In this document: positions 8,743 to 18,500 of the stretch, in pieces
Layout of the letters: every line of letters begins with the position of its first letter
How positions within the stretch are numbered: position 1 is the first letter of the stretch
Source of the DNA: a virus
DNA: 64,000 bases
Strand: one strand, 5' to 3'
IMG/VR virus record: IMGVR_UViG_3300024581_003238
Span: 79,988 to 143,987 of that record
Notes under the pieces: model-generated
Database searches by the model: none
Seen by the model: only the letters and a program-made list of their open reading frames with translations
Told to the model about the DNA's origin: nothing
Made by a program: the position numbers and the translations under genes

Positions 8743-9198
8743 ATGGAAAATAAAGACACATATCTTAAATCAATACTTAAAGATCAAGACTATGGATACC
8801 AGGCGGAAGTCTGGTATCGTGCTTATAATATAACCACGGAACGAATTGAGTTATTTTATGACATTGTTAATTCATTATATGTTTTAATTGACAACACCTA
8901 TTTAGGTCCCGACGCGATTATAACGGAGGATGATCAAAAGAATCACTTTACATGGTGTTGGGATAAAACATTGGAAAATTTATCCAAAGAAAAAATTAAT
9001 ATCAATAAAAGGGGTATTCATTATGAATATTTTTGGGATTTCTTTTTAGAATCTTTTTATTATTTAAAGATGGATGGGGAAGAGATAAGAATAAGTCAAT
9101 ACCTCTATAGATTGTTTAATTACAACCACAAGAAAACAAGATCTGAACTTGCGGTACTCACAGAAATTTATAAATTACTAGAAAAGAACTTGACTTAA
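8743..9198 (+). CDS. Hypothetical protein
   Basis: 151-aa ORF with its own promoter candidate. Confidence 0.65.
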   Translation: MENKDTYLKSILKDQDYGYQAEVWYRAYNITTERIELFYDIVNSLYVLIDNTYLGPDAIITEDDQKNHFTWCWDKTLENLSKEKININKRGIHYEYFWDFFLESFYYLKMDGEEIRISQYLYRLFNYNHKKTRSELAVLTEIYKLLEKNLT

Positions 9199-9218
9199 CT
9201 AAAAAAAACCCGTATATT
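9190..9218 (+). promoter_or_regulatory. Promoter candidate TTGACT-N17-TATATT
   Basis: Near-consensus -35/-10 with a 17-nt spacer, upstream of the ATG at 9242. Confidence 0.6.
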
Positions 9219-9241
9219 ACTATCACAAACGGTAATAAAGT

Positions 9242-9424
9242 ATGGAAACGTTAGGAAAAATTAAAGATCTGGTAGAGAAAATGTCGGTAGACACTCAAAA
9301 GGTCTATGAGAAAGGTAATAGATCCGCATCTATAAGAGCACGTAAGTTTGCTCAGGAAGTTAAGAGTTTAATTGCTACTTATCGAAAAGAAATTTTAGAC
9401 GAAATAAAGAGACATGATAAATAA
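9242..9424 (+). CDS. Histone H1-like (Hc1-family) small nucleoid protein
   Basis: 60 aa. EKGNRSASIRARKFAQEVKSL..YRKE matches the KGNKAAGTRARK...RK pattern of Bacteroidota/Chlamydia Hc1-like proteins. Confidence 0.7.
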   Translation: METLGKIKDLVEKMSVDTQKVYEKGNRSASIRARKFAQEVKSLIATYRKEILDEIKRHDK

Positions 9425-9593
9425 TATAGAATTATTTTTATTAGTTATTTCGTCTGTATTCATTCTCAAATTTATATTTGAGTTTATAGTTAAGTTATTC
9501 ATTACAGACGCTAACCCTATTACAATCAACAAGTATGAAAAAGTGATTATCTATTTTGCTATTTCATATATAATAACATATATATTAATTTAA
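9414..9593 (+). CDS. Small two-TM membrane protein (59 aa, not in ORF track)
   Basis: Manual translation MINNIELFLLVISSVFILKFIFEFIVKLF...VIIYFAISYIITYILI*. Fills the gap between 9424 and 9599. Confidence 0.55.
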   Translation: MINNIELFLLVISSVFILKFIFEFIVKLFITDANPITINKYEKVIIYFAISYIITYILI

Positions 9594-9598
9594 TTACA

Positions 9599-10099
9599 GT
9601 GTACGAAATTATAAAATCTTTGAGACCATATTTCTTTTCTTTAAGAGAAATTAAAGGTAATGTTAGTTTAGACCTTAAACTACCAACAAAATGGAAAGTG
9701 GATGAAATTGCGTCTATCTATAAAACTTTAAAAATTAAAGTGCAAGACAAGAATGATAAAGATGTTTTAATATCTTTTATATCTGAAGCAAATCAAGAAG
9801 GTTATGATACTACACTACAATGTGCGAACGAAGTGGTTGAAAAAAATATCGAAGAAGAAAAGAAAAGAGATTTATTCGATAAGAAGGTTAGAGAAATGAG
9901 AGCGCTATTTGAGGAAAGTAAATTAGATGAATTAGAACATTTAAAATTTGAAAGTAATGTCAAAGAACAAGACTCAGAAAGAATTAGATTGGTTAGAGAG
10001 GGAGATTCAGAAGGATCAAAAGGAAGTGGAGACCCACAAGAAACAGATGATTCAACAACTGAAGACGATGAAGAAGGAGGATCTATTCAAAGTCCCTGA
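9599..10099 (+). CDS. Hypothetical protein
   Basis: GTG start. Its acidic tail overlaps the next ORF in another frame. Confidence 0.6.
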   Translation: MYEIIKSLRPYFFSLREIKGNVSLDLKLPTKWKVDEIASIYKTLKIKVQDKNDKDVLISFISEANQEGYDTTLQCANEVVEKNIEEEKKRDLFDKKVREMRALFEESKLDELEHLKFESNVKEQDSERIRLVREGDSEGSKGSGDPQETDDSTTEDDEEGGSIQSP

Positions 10100-10157
10100 A
10101 AAAACTAATAAATTTAAAGACTTACTAAGTAAAGTAAGTAAAATACTCGGAATTTAA
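9957..10157 (+). CDS. Hypothetical small helical protein
   Basis: ATG at 9957 (track gives TTG 9948). Stop at 10157 abuts the next ATG at 10160. Confidence 0.55.
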   Translation: MSKNKTQKELDWLEREIQKDQKEVETHKKQMIQQLKTMKKEDLFKVPEKTNKFKDLLSKVSKILGI

Positions 10158-10159
10158 GG

Positions 10160-10402
10160 ATGTCAAAAGACAAAAAGGGTGAAATATTAAACCAATTAGC
10201 ACTTATTTCAGATTTATTGGAGAAAGTAAATTTAAAATCTGAGAATAGAACGGTATTCTATGAAATGGACGAGGATGAATACGATCGTGTATATGAATAT
10301 ATAAAATCTAAAGGAGATGGCGAGGGTATAGATGAAGATTCTAAGACTTTTACTATATTAATCGGAGATGTGTCTTTTATGTTTAGTAAGAATAATGTCT
10401 AA
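10160..10402 (+). CDS. Hypothetical protein
   Basis: 80-aa ORF convergent with the minus-strand gene 10383-11033. Confidence 0.55.
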   Translation: MSKDKKGEILNQLALISDLLEKVNLKSENRTVFYEMDEDEYDRVYEYIKSKGDGEGIDEDSKTFTILIGDVSFMFSKNNV

Positions 10403-11033
10403 ATAGGTCACTACGTTTGTAACCTTTCTTTTCAAGTAAATTATATAGGGTTTTTCTTTGGTTGGTGGTTATATCCTTCACAAAAATGAAATTACCCTTT
10501 TTTTGATGTTTCAATAGATCTTCTCTAAGTAAATCAAACAACCTATCAGAGTCATTCAAATTTTTATTCCCAAACATCCTAATATTATCTTCAATTTGTA
10601 AAAATATTTTAGTATTCAGTGTAAATATCTGAGCTATCTCATCCACATCATTGAATATCTCCAAAAATTCGTGATATCTAATGTGTTTCTTATTGTCGTG
10701 ATCATAAATTTTCTCCTCTTGCCAGTAAGGTATCATTTCTTTAAGTCTATAACCTTTAGTGTCGACACCCGCTTCATAAACTCTACCATATTCGTCTCTT
10801 TTTACTACAGTTTTCTTTTTAGCCCATCTATTGTCAGGGTATATTAGTGCCAGTTCGTAATTTAATTTTTGGTTTCGTTTACCACCATACTCTTTAGTGT
10901 AACGAGGTTTTTTTTCCGTCCTTAATTCGTACCACATATCACGAATTGAGGGTAGACTGATTGTTTGGTAAAAGAGTTTCTTTCTTTTTTTATTACAGAA
11001 GAGTATTATTTTATATTTCTTCTTTTTTTTCAT
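10383..11033 (-). CDS. Hypothetical basic protein
   Basis: 216-aa ORF in a region with no competing plus-strand ORF; the only substantial minus-strand gene in the window. Confidence 0.65.
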   Translation of the reverse strand: MKKKKKYKIILFCNKKRKKLFYQTISLPSIRDMWYELRTEKKPRYTKEYGGKRNQKLNYELALIYPDNRWAKKKTVVKRDEYGRVYEAGVDTKGYRLKEMIPYWQEEKIYDHDNKKHIRYHEFLEIFNDVDEIAQIFTLNTKIFLQIEDNIRMFGNKNLNDSDRLFDLLREDLLKHQKKGNFIFVKDITTNQRKTLYNLLEKKGYKRSDLFRHYSY

Positions 11034-11034
11034 T

Positions 11035-11199
11035 CTAAAAAAGGAATTTGATTAAAGAATAAAAACCATAAGCACTAAATAATGTAACAATGATGAGAAT
11101 TAACTTAACTTGATTCTCGGTTTGTGTCATTTCGGCATATATTTTTTCTTTCTCTTGTTTCTTTTTACACTTGGTGCAGGGTTTCTTTTTTTCTTTCAT
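11035..11199 (-). CDS. Small protein with CxxC and a C-terminal TM helix (54 aa, not in ORF track)
   Basis: Manual translation MKEKKKPCTKCKKKQEKEKIYAEMTQTENQVKLILIIVTLFSAYGFYSLIKFLF*. The stop lies 1 nt before the ATG of the 11033 gene. Confidence 0.6.
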   Translation of the reverse strand: MKEKKKPCTKCKKKQEKEKIYAEMTQTENQVKLILIIVTLFSAYGFYSLIKFLF

Positions 11200-11235
11200 A
11201 TTAATAATATAAGTATTTTATAAGTATTTATCAAT

Positions 11236-11979
11236 ATGAAATTGATGTCACTTATAGAGGAAGGTTGGTCAGACAAATATAAAAAGTCAATTGACTGTAA
11301 TAACCCAAAAGGGTTTAGTCAGAAAGCACACTGCAATGGTAAAAAGAAAAGAAATCTATCTGAAGAAAACCTTAATGATCTCGAGTTTACTAAATCAATA
11401 AGTGATAAACACCAAAAAGAAATAGATTACAATAGAGAAAAAGGTTTATTTAAGGACTTTGACATATCAGAATATAAAAAAATAGACCCACCTAAAAATA
11501 ACTCTAAAGAAACTAAGGAAGAGATTGAACTATTGTCGTCCTTACCAGAGAACAAAGAGTTTGTTGAAAAATATGACAGGATTTCAAAATCATTTAAACA
11601 ATATTCTAAGGAAAAGGGACATGATATACCCAAGGGTTTAATTAAAGAATTGATAGAAAGTGCTGCGGGTGTTATATACGAATTAAAATACCACTTCAAT
11701 AGACCAAGACCTCAACAAATTGCAGATAAATTAGATATTAAGATGGGGGATATGAATCTTAAGTCAGCAAAATCACCTTCCTACCCATCAGGACATTCCA
11801 CACAATCTAAATTAGTGGGTGAAGTACTATTTGATATTACTAAAGATGAAATGTATAGAACTATTGCAGAAAGGATCTCAATTAGTAGAAATGTAGGTAG
11901 AGTTCATTATCCAAGTGATTCCAAAATGGGAGAAAAATTAGGGATAGACCTCTATGAATATTGGAAAAAGGGGAATTAA
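11236..11979 (+). CDS. Soluble PAP2-superfamily phosphatase (acid phosphatase / vanadium haloperoxidase-like) with an N-terminal Cys/His leader
   Basis: All three PAP2 motifs are present: KYHFNRPRP, YPSGHS and SRNVGRVHYPSD. No TM helices. Confidence 0.8.
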   Translation: MKLMSLIEEGWSDKYKKSIDCNNPKGFSQKAHCNGKKKRNLSEENLNDLEFTKSISDKHQKEIDYNREKGLFKDFDISEYKKIDPPKNNSKETKEEIELLSSLPENKEFVEKYDRISKSFKQYSKEKGHDIPKGLIKELIESAAGVIYELKYHFNRPRPQQIADKLDIKMGDMNLKSAKSPSYPSGHSTQSKLVGEVLFDITKDEMYRTIAERISISRNVGRVHYPSDSKMGEKLGIDLYEYWKKGN

Positions 11980-11984
11980 CTGGG

Positions 11985-12013
11985 TTGACTTCCTCATTCT
12001 TTTTCTGTATATT
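11985..12013 (+). promoter_or_regulatory. Promoter candidate TTGACT-N17-TATATT
   Basis: Intergenic, upstream of the dam ATG at 12044. Both boxes are identical to the 9190 copy. Confidence 0.6.
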
Positions 12014-12043
12014 TTATATAAGTAAACGATAACACCTAATTAC

Positions 12044-12961
12044 ATGATAAGTTACATTGGAGGTAAAGCCAGAATAGGTAAGTGGATTGTTCCCTTCATA
12101 CCAAATGACATTGAAACATACGTAGAACCATTTTCGGGCATGTTTTGGGTGTTCTTTAATATGGATTTGAAAAAATACCCTAAACTTAAAACCGTTGTGT
12201 ATAACGATTTTAATGGGTTGAATGCAAATCTAATGAGATGTTCTTTAGACTATGATAGGTTATGGGAGGAACTGGATAAACATAGTGAATATATCCAAGT
12301 GGTGGGTGAGGAAAATACACCACCTAAATGTAGAGAGTTTTTTGATAAGTGTCAGAAAGAGGTTTTTGACCCTGACTACGAAATAGGTGATTACCCAAAT
12401 TATGATGCGGCTGCAAAGTATGTGTACGTTTTAACTCAGATATTTTCAGGATCTAAACCTGAAACTTCAAATTATACAGATTACAAAGGTAAGTATCGTT
12501 GTAAAGTCTTGATATTTATGGATAAGTTGAAGAATAAAAAATTTAGAGAACACTTCGACAAAATAACTTTTGTGGAAAATATGGATTTCCAAGATGTAAT
12601 TGAGAAGTATGATTCACCTACATCTTATTTCTATACCGATCCACCTTATTGGAAAACTGAGAATTATTATTCTAATCATGATTTCGATAGGTCGGACCAT
12701 GAAAGGTTGGCAGATTGTTTAAAAAATTCTGAGGGAAGGTACAGTTTATCGTATTATGATTTCCCTTTATTACAGAAATGGTTCCCTTATACCGATTATA
12801 AGTGGGAAAAGAAAGGATTTAAGAAATCGGCCGCTGCGAAGAAAGACGGCACTCAAAATACGGGTGTTGAAATTCTGATAATGAATTACGGACAACCGTC
12901 ACATAAAGAAGGTGAACAACTCACTTTATTTGTAGGTGATGAAATGGATCCATATCTGTAA
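12044..12961 (+). CDS. dam: DNA adenine N6-methyltransferase (Dam/D12 class)
   Basis: YIGGKARI, YVEPFSG (SAM-binding motif I), YNDFN and catalytic DPPY. Target specificity cannot be read from sequence. Confidence 0.88.
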   Translation: MISYIGGKARIGKWIVPFIPNDIETYVEPFSGMFWVFFNMDLKKYPKLKTVVYNDFNGLNANLMRCSLDYDRLWEELDKHSEYIQVVGEENTPPKCREFFDKCQKEVFDPDYEIGDYPNYDAAAKYVYVLTQIFSGSKPETSNYTDYKGKYRCKVLIFMDKLKNKKFREHFDKITFVENMDFQDVIEKYDSPTSYFYTDPPYWKTENYYSNHDFDRSDHERLADCLKNSEGRYSLSYYDFPLLQKWFPYTDYKWEKKGFKKSAAAKKDGTQNTGVEILIMNYGQPSHKEGEQLTLFVGDEMDPYL

Positions 12962-12983
12962 TTCATAGTTTTAATAAGTAAAT

Positions 12984-13505
12984 ATGGGTAGTTATTGGTA
13001 CCTGATAAAAGTGTTACCAGGTAAAGAGAAACAGTTAAAAGATAAATTTAACACAGATATTGAATTAGGAAATATTTCAGGAATAAAAGAGTTTGTTTGT
13101 CCATTAGAGAAAGAGTATAAAATGGTTAAAACAAAAAAAGTTATTAGAGAGAGGGTGATATACACGGGTTACCTTTATTTTGAAACAGAACATATTTTGG
13201 ATAAAGATGAACTAATGAACCTTTCTTATTTACCCGACACGATGAAAGTATTAGGGGATAAAAAACCAATTAGACTAAGAGATAGAGAAATACAAAGAGT
13301 CTTAAAAATGGGTCAGCAAGGGGAAGATATCGTAAATGACATACAATACACCATAGGTGAAGTTGTTAAAGTTGTTGATGGACCATTTAACACATTTGAA
13401 GGTGAGATAAGAAGTCTTGATGGTAATAAAGTTAATGTAGATGTAAAAGTATTTGGTAGACCAACTAAAGTCACATTACTTAAAGAACAAATTGACAAGT
13501 TATGA
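12984..13505 (+). CDS. nusG: NusG-family transcription elongation/antitermination factor
   Basis: NGN domain (WYLIKVLPGKE, IYTGYLYFE) and KOW domain (GEVVKVVDGPFNTFEGEI, VKVFGRPTKV). Confidence 0.88.
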   Translation: MGSYWYLIKVLPGKEKQLKDKFNTDIELGNISGIKEFVCPLEKEYKMVKTKKVIRERVIYTGYLYFETEHILDKDELMNLSYLPDTMKVLGDKKPIRLRDREIQRVLKMGQQGEDIVNDIQYTIGEVVKVVDGPFNTFEGEIRSLDGNKVNVDVKVFGRPTKVTLLKEQIDKL

Positions 13506-13828
13506 TAGATGCAGAAGTTTTATTGTACGTAGGTAAGTTGGCAAAATATTTAGATACAAATAAAAATGCGAGAGAACATTTCGTGGGTGATTTAAATAGG
13601 GAAGAGTTTATGGACAACGTTACTTTAGTTGCGATGAAAAACTATTCGGAAAAACAAGACCCGACATTATCCATGGATCAATTTGAGGAAATAAGAATGA
13701 CTATGAGAGAAAAAACTGGGTTAACACCGATAGATGTTATAAAAGAAATTGTTGGGAGAGACGAAAGTTATTATGAACCCATTATTTATATTGATAAGCG
13801 AGGTCTCGAAACAATTAAAATTAAATGA
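13502..13828 (+). CDS. Hypothetical protein
   Basis: ATGA-coupled on both sides. Confidence 0.6.
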   Translation: MIDAEVLLYVGKLAKYLDTNKNAREHFVGDLNREEFMDNVTLVAMKNYSEKQDPTLSMDQFEEIRMTMREKTGLTPIDVIKEIVGRDESYYEPIIYIDKRGLETIKIK

Positions 13829-14907
13829 AAATACCTAAATATTACCCAATATTTGAATCAACTTATAGTGAGGAGATTGCAAGTGAACAAATTTACGTTT
13901 TAAAGTATGATACAATACCGTCAGTAAAAACATTTAGGGTTGGGTTTACTGATAAAGTTGTAAACATCATAGTAAAAGATGGTTTTACTATTTTAAGTAA
14001 ACTTAGTAGTGAGCATCAGACGAATATTAGAAAACTAATAAATCGAACCTCTGAAGAAACATTATTTTATTGTGACGAAAAACAGATTTTAATTAAGACC
14101 AAGAGAAATAAAGGTAGTAAGAATATTAATATGACTTTCTATTACTCGTTTTCTAATGGGGATTTAGATTCACAATACGATTTAAGTAGATTTAAAAAAC
14201 ACTCTATTAAGAAAAAAGGTGGTAACATATCACTAATTAAGTCTCAAGGTGGAGGATATTTAGATTTAGAAGAATACGAAATATCGACACCTAAAACTGA
14301 TTTAAAACTTAACTATGGTGATGAGTTTAAAAAAATACATGAAACCATCGTTAAAAGATTAAACACCCAAAAAGACAAAGGTATTGTACTTTTACATGGT
14401 GATCCTGGTACAGGAAAAACAACCTACATAAAATATCTTGCATCATTAATTAAAGATAAACAGATAATTTTTGTACCACCAATGATGGCGGAGACCCTTA
14501 CAGACCCTTCTATTATACCATTTTTAATGGAATATAAGAATAGTGTATTAATCATCGAAGATGCGGAGAAAGTATTAGGTACTCGAGAAAACTCAACCTC
14601 CATTTCCCAAAGTACATCAAACTTACTTAATTTGACTGATGGTATTTTAGGGGATTGTTTGAATATCCAAATTGTTGCCACCTTTAATACAAAGAGAGAT
14701 AATATAGATGATGCATTTATGAGAAAAGGTAGATTGATTGCGGAACATAAATTTGTCAAATTATCGGTAGATCAAAGTAATAATTTACTAAAATCTTTAG
14801 GTAAAGACTATACAACAGAAAAAGAAATGGCATTATCAGATATCTATAACATTGATGTGGATATTTATAAAACAATAAACCAAAAAGGTAAAATAGGTTT
14901 TAATTAA
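13825..14907 (+). CDS. AAA+ ATPase
   Basis: Walker A GDPGTGKT, Walker B LIIEDAE, sensor ATFN and arginine finger MRKGR. Confidence 0.85.
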   Translation: MKIPKYYPIFESTYSEEIASEQIYVLKYDTIPSVKTFRVGFTDKVVNIIVKDGFTILSKLSSEHQTNIRKLINRTSEETLFYCDEKQILIKTKRNKGSKNINMTFYYSFSNGDLDSQYDLSRFKKHSIKKKGGNISLIKSQGGGYLDLEEYEISTPKTDLKLNYGDEFKKIHETIVKRLNTQKDKGIVLLHGDPGTGKTTYIKYLASLIKDKQIIFVPPMMAETLTDPSIIPFLMEYKNSVLIIEDAEKVLGTRENSTSISQSTSNLLNLTDGILGDCLNIQIVATFNTKRDNIDDAFMRKGRLIAEHKFVKLSVDQSNNLLKSLGKDYTTEKEMALSDIYNIDVDIYKTINQKGKIGFN

Positions 14908-14912
14908 AAATT

Positions 14913-15218
14913 ATGAGAGATATTATAGGTGAGGAAGTCACAACACTACAAAAAGAAGGTAAAAAAGTATTAGTAGATTTATGGGCACCATGGTGTGGAC
15001 CATGTAGAACACTAATCCCAAGATTAGAAGGGTTAGACACTAAATACGATAATGTTGAGTTCGTTAAAGTTAATGTAGACGAAGATCAAGGTTTTGCTCA
15101 GTCATTGGGTATTAGAAGTGTACCTACAGTTTTAATATTTAATGGGGACGAGGAAAAGGCAAGAATTACGGGTGCACAACCAGAATCAAGTTACACAGAA
15201 ATTTTAGACAATTTGTAA
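14913..15218 (+). CDS. Thioredoxin
   Basis: DLWAPWCGPC active site and IRSVPT cis-Pro loop. Confidence 0.93.
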   Translation: MRDIIGEEVTTLQKEGKKVLVDLWAPWCGPCRTLIPRLEGLDTKYDNVEFVKVNVDEDQGFAQSLGIRSVPTVLIFNGDEEKARITGAQPESSYTEILDNL

Positions 15219-15487
15219 TGAAAACAATATGTCTTTTCACTATGAAAGGTTGTCAATATTGTAAAGATTTCAAAGACATTTTAAAAAAAGAAGGTTTGAA
15301 TTATGATGAGTACGATGTTGATGAAAATCCTGATTTATGGAATCAAATTGTACAACAAGTGGATGAGGAAAACCTTCCTACGGTATTCATAAGGGATAAT
15401 AAGGTAAATAGTGGAGTATTTTTTATGTCGGGTTTAAATGTTGAAACACCCGATGAAATGTTGAAAAAAATAAAAGAAAATTTATAA
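15218..15487 (+). CDS. Glutaredoxin/NrdH-like redoxin
   Basis: FTMKGCQYC CxxC motif and LPTVFI cis-Pro. Confidence 0.8.
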   Translation: MKTICLFTMKGCQYCKDFKDILKKEGLNYDEYDVDENPDLWNQIVQQVDEENLPTVFIRDNKVNSGVFFMSGLNVETPDEMLKKIKENL

Positions 15488-15494
15488 TTTAAGT

Positions 15495-15521
15495 GGGGAG
15501 ACAAAAAAGTCTCCCCTTTTT
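15495..15521 (+). terminator. Intrinsic terminator
   Basis: Perfect 8-bp stem GGGGAGAC-AAAAAA-GTCTCCCC followed by TTTTT, directly after the redoxin genes. Confidence 0.85.
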
Positions 15522-15544
15522 GTTTCCAAGATCTATTTGTCAGG

Positions 15545-15552
15545 TATTTATA
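15545..15552 (+). promoter_or_regulatory. TATTTATA motif opening the fibre gene block
   Basis: GTATTTATAATAAAG lies just after the terminator; the identical 15-mer recurs at 22333-22347. Confidence 0.5.
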
Positions 15553-15569
15553 ATAAAGTGAACTTTTAG

Positions 15570-18500
15570 ATGGCATTACAACAAATATATTGGGAACAGA
15601 TCGCAACAGAGGATATAACCTCAGGGATAACCGTCAATTTAGGTAATCCAACTTCGTCATTGGCGAATGTATATGCGGATAATTTCTACATAAATGGGAC
15701 TCAAAGTTTAAATGATTTAGTTGGTGGAGGTGTTGCCGAGGGTCTTGTTGATTTAAATAACTTTACTTCATCTGTATTAGATTCATTAGAATTCTCAGGA
15801 TCTAACTTAACAGTACAGGGTGATTTAAATGTATTAGGGACTTTTACTTCTATAAAATCCGAAACCGTAGTTTTAGATGATAATGTTATAGAATTAAATG
15901 GGAGTGACGAATCTTTCGGTGGTCTATTAATCAAAGACCCAACACAACCTAATTTAGTATCAGGTTCCTTGTTATGGGACACAACTAATGACAGGTGGAT
16001 TGGAGGACCGTTAGGGAGTGAAGAAAATATAGTAATTGAAAGTGAGTTAACGACTCTTTCATCATCATTATCTTCTTCAATAAACGAATTATCACAATCA
16101 GTATCCTCATCGTTTGATCAGGTTAATACCGACTTAACAGATTTATCATCTTCAGTGTCGTCATCGATTAATGATTTATCACAATCAGTGTCGTCGTCGT
16201 TTGATCAAGTCAATACGGATTTAACAGATTTATCCTCATCATTATCATCATCAATAAATGAATTATCTTCATCTGTCGACTCTACGTTTACTCTACATGA
16301 CGGTAGGTTAGTTGACTTAGAGGGTTTTAGTTCTTCATTGGATGCTACATTTGCAACAGATCAACAATTAACAGAATTATCACAATCAATTACCTCATCG
16401 ATAGGTGAACTATCCTCTTCATTAGATGGTAGAGTTGTGAATTTAGAAGACTTTAGTTCTTCATTGGATGCCACATTTGCTACAGATCAACAGTTGACAG
16501 ACTTATCGTCTTCATTGTCAGGTTCAATAAGTGAATTGTCATCTTCATTATCGTCATCAATAAATGAATTATCACAATCAGTTGATACCACATTCACTCT
16601 ACATGACGGTAGGTTAGTTGAATTAGAATCCACAGGGTCCGATCATGAAACGAGGGTTGGTGATTTAGAATTATTTAGTTCTTCTTTAAATGACACTTAC
16701 GCAACAGACCAAGAATTAGAAGACATTTCCGCATCTTTAAGTGATGCCATAGGTAATGCACAATCAGACATTGAAGCGAGTAATATTTTCCAACAAACAG
16801 GTTCATATTATGGTACATCTGAAAATTTACAAATATCAGGTAGTGGTTTAGATTCACCAGATGGTTCTATATCAGGAAAATATGGTGTTATTGTGTCGAA
16901 ATCACTACATGCAGAAAATATTAACGTGGGTCAACCTACCTCAAATGATTGGGGGACTATGAATGGTTCATATTTTAATAATTTTAACGAAAACACAGAC
17001 GTTTCTGAAATTATTAGGTTTATGGCGGGATTATTATCCTCTTCAGCACCCGATGCATCACCAAATACAAAATATTATAACGGATATACTAAAAACACAT
17101 TTAATACATCAACAGATTCAGGAATAAATGGTTATCTCCCTTCAGGAACGACTAATTCTACTCTACTTGAGTTAATCGATGCGGGTTTTGCTAGTATTGG
17201 TGGTACAATTTTAGGTTCGTTTGGAACTTTTTACACAAATAGTAACTATAGACACTCATTCACAAGTAAATCTGCGGGTTCAACAAGTGTTAGGTCGTCA
17301 AATGATAGTAATTTATTTGGTTTAGGTAGATTAAGTAGTGGAACACCCACAACATTTAAAGTTTCGGGATCTTTTACATTCAAAAAATTCGATCACAATA
17401 GAGTCTTATTAGAAGAATCTAGTTCTAATCACTTAATACAACAATCAGGTGCTGGAACTACTAATGGTGTAACCTTAGGTAAAATAGAATCGGCAAATCC
17501 TGAATTAATCCCTGCGGGATACCAAGACGGTAAATACAGTGGGGTATTTAGTCCCACCATATTAAATGCGGGTAACACTATTGATGATATTGGTTATTAC
17601 CATATATCAAGTTCGATATCTATTGCGAGTGGATCAAGTGACTTTACCGAACCAATAGAGGATAATACTGAAATATTATACGGTCCAATCCCTACAATAG
17701 AAAGTGGTATTGGTTCAACTAATTTAGGGGTAACGGCAAATATTGATTCCATGACCCAACTAACAGCAACATCTAGATCTTTAAGTGGGGCACCATACTT
17801 ACAAACTGCAACATTTAATGCTAGTGGTTCTATCGGGGGTACCTTTAACAAACTATACCAAAACGGAACACACGGTTCAATGTCAGGTAATAGTGGTCAG
17901 AGAACTGCAAGTGTCTCTAATGGTAGGATTTCTACAAGTAATGTGTTCTATGATGAATCATTTACAGATTTAAGGTCAAGTGGTACAATACCTTTTATAA
18001 CTGATAAGATAAAATTAAACTCAGGTTTAAGTTGGAGTGCGGGTAATAGTTACGGTACTTCTGCTAATCAGTCAGTTTCAATAACAGGTACTGGTTTTGG
18101 TGGTAGTAATTCGGATTCTGAAAGTAGGTCCGTACACATAGCGGGAACGTTCGGTCAACCAGCGTCAAGTGGTAGTCTACATTACTATGGTAGATCACAA
18201 ACGTATGATGGTTCATCTAACACTTCAGAGAATTTTAGTGGTGAAGGTAGGAGGTTAGAGTTGAATGACAATCTTCTTTCATTTGGTGGGACTAATTGGG
18301 ATAACACCTATAACGAATACGGTATTTTGGGTCCTAAAGATTTACAAGTAAGACCTAACCGTTTAGTAAAACCTGGTGGTAATAACGGTTATTGGTTACC
18401 AAATCCAAGTACTGCGAGTGACTATAAGTACTATGTAAGGAAATTCTCCACATCAGGTACAAAAACAAGTATGAGTATTACTGTAAACGGACCATCTTTA

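Noticed and set aside
14913-15487. Thioredoxin-glutaredoxin pair as a novel system
   Set aside because: Redoxins are common in large phages, typically serving ribonucleotide reductase, and nothing here links them specifically to the neighbouring modules.
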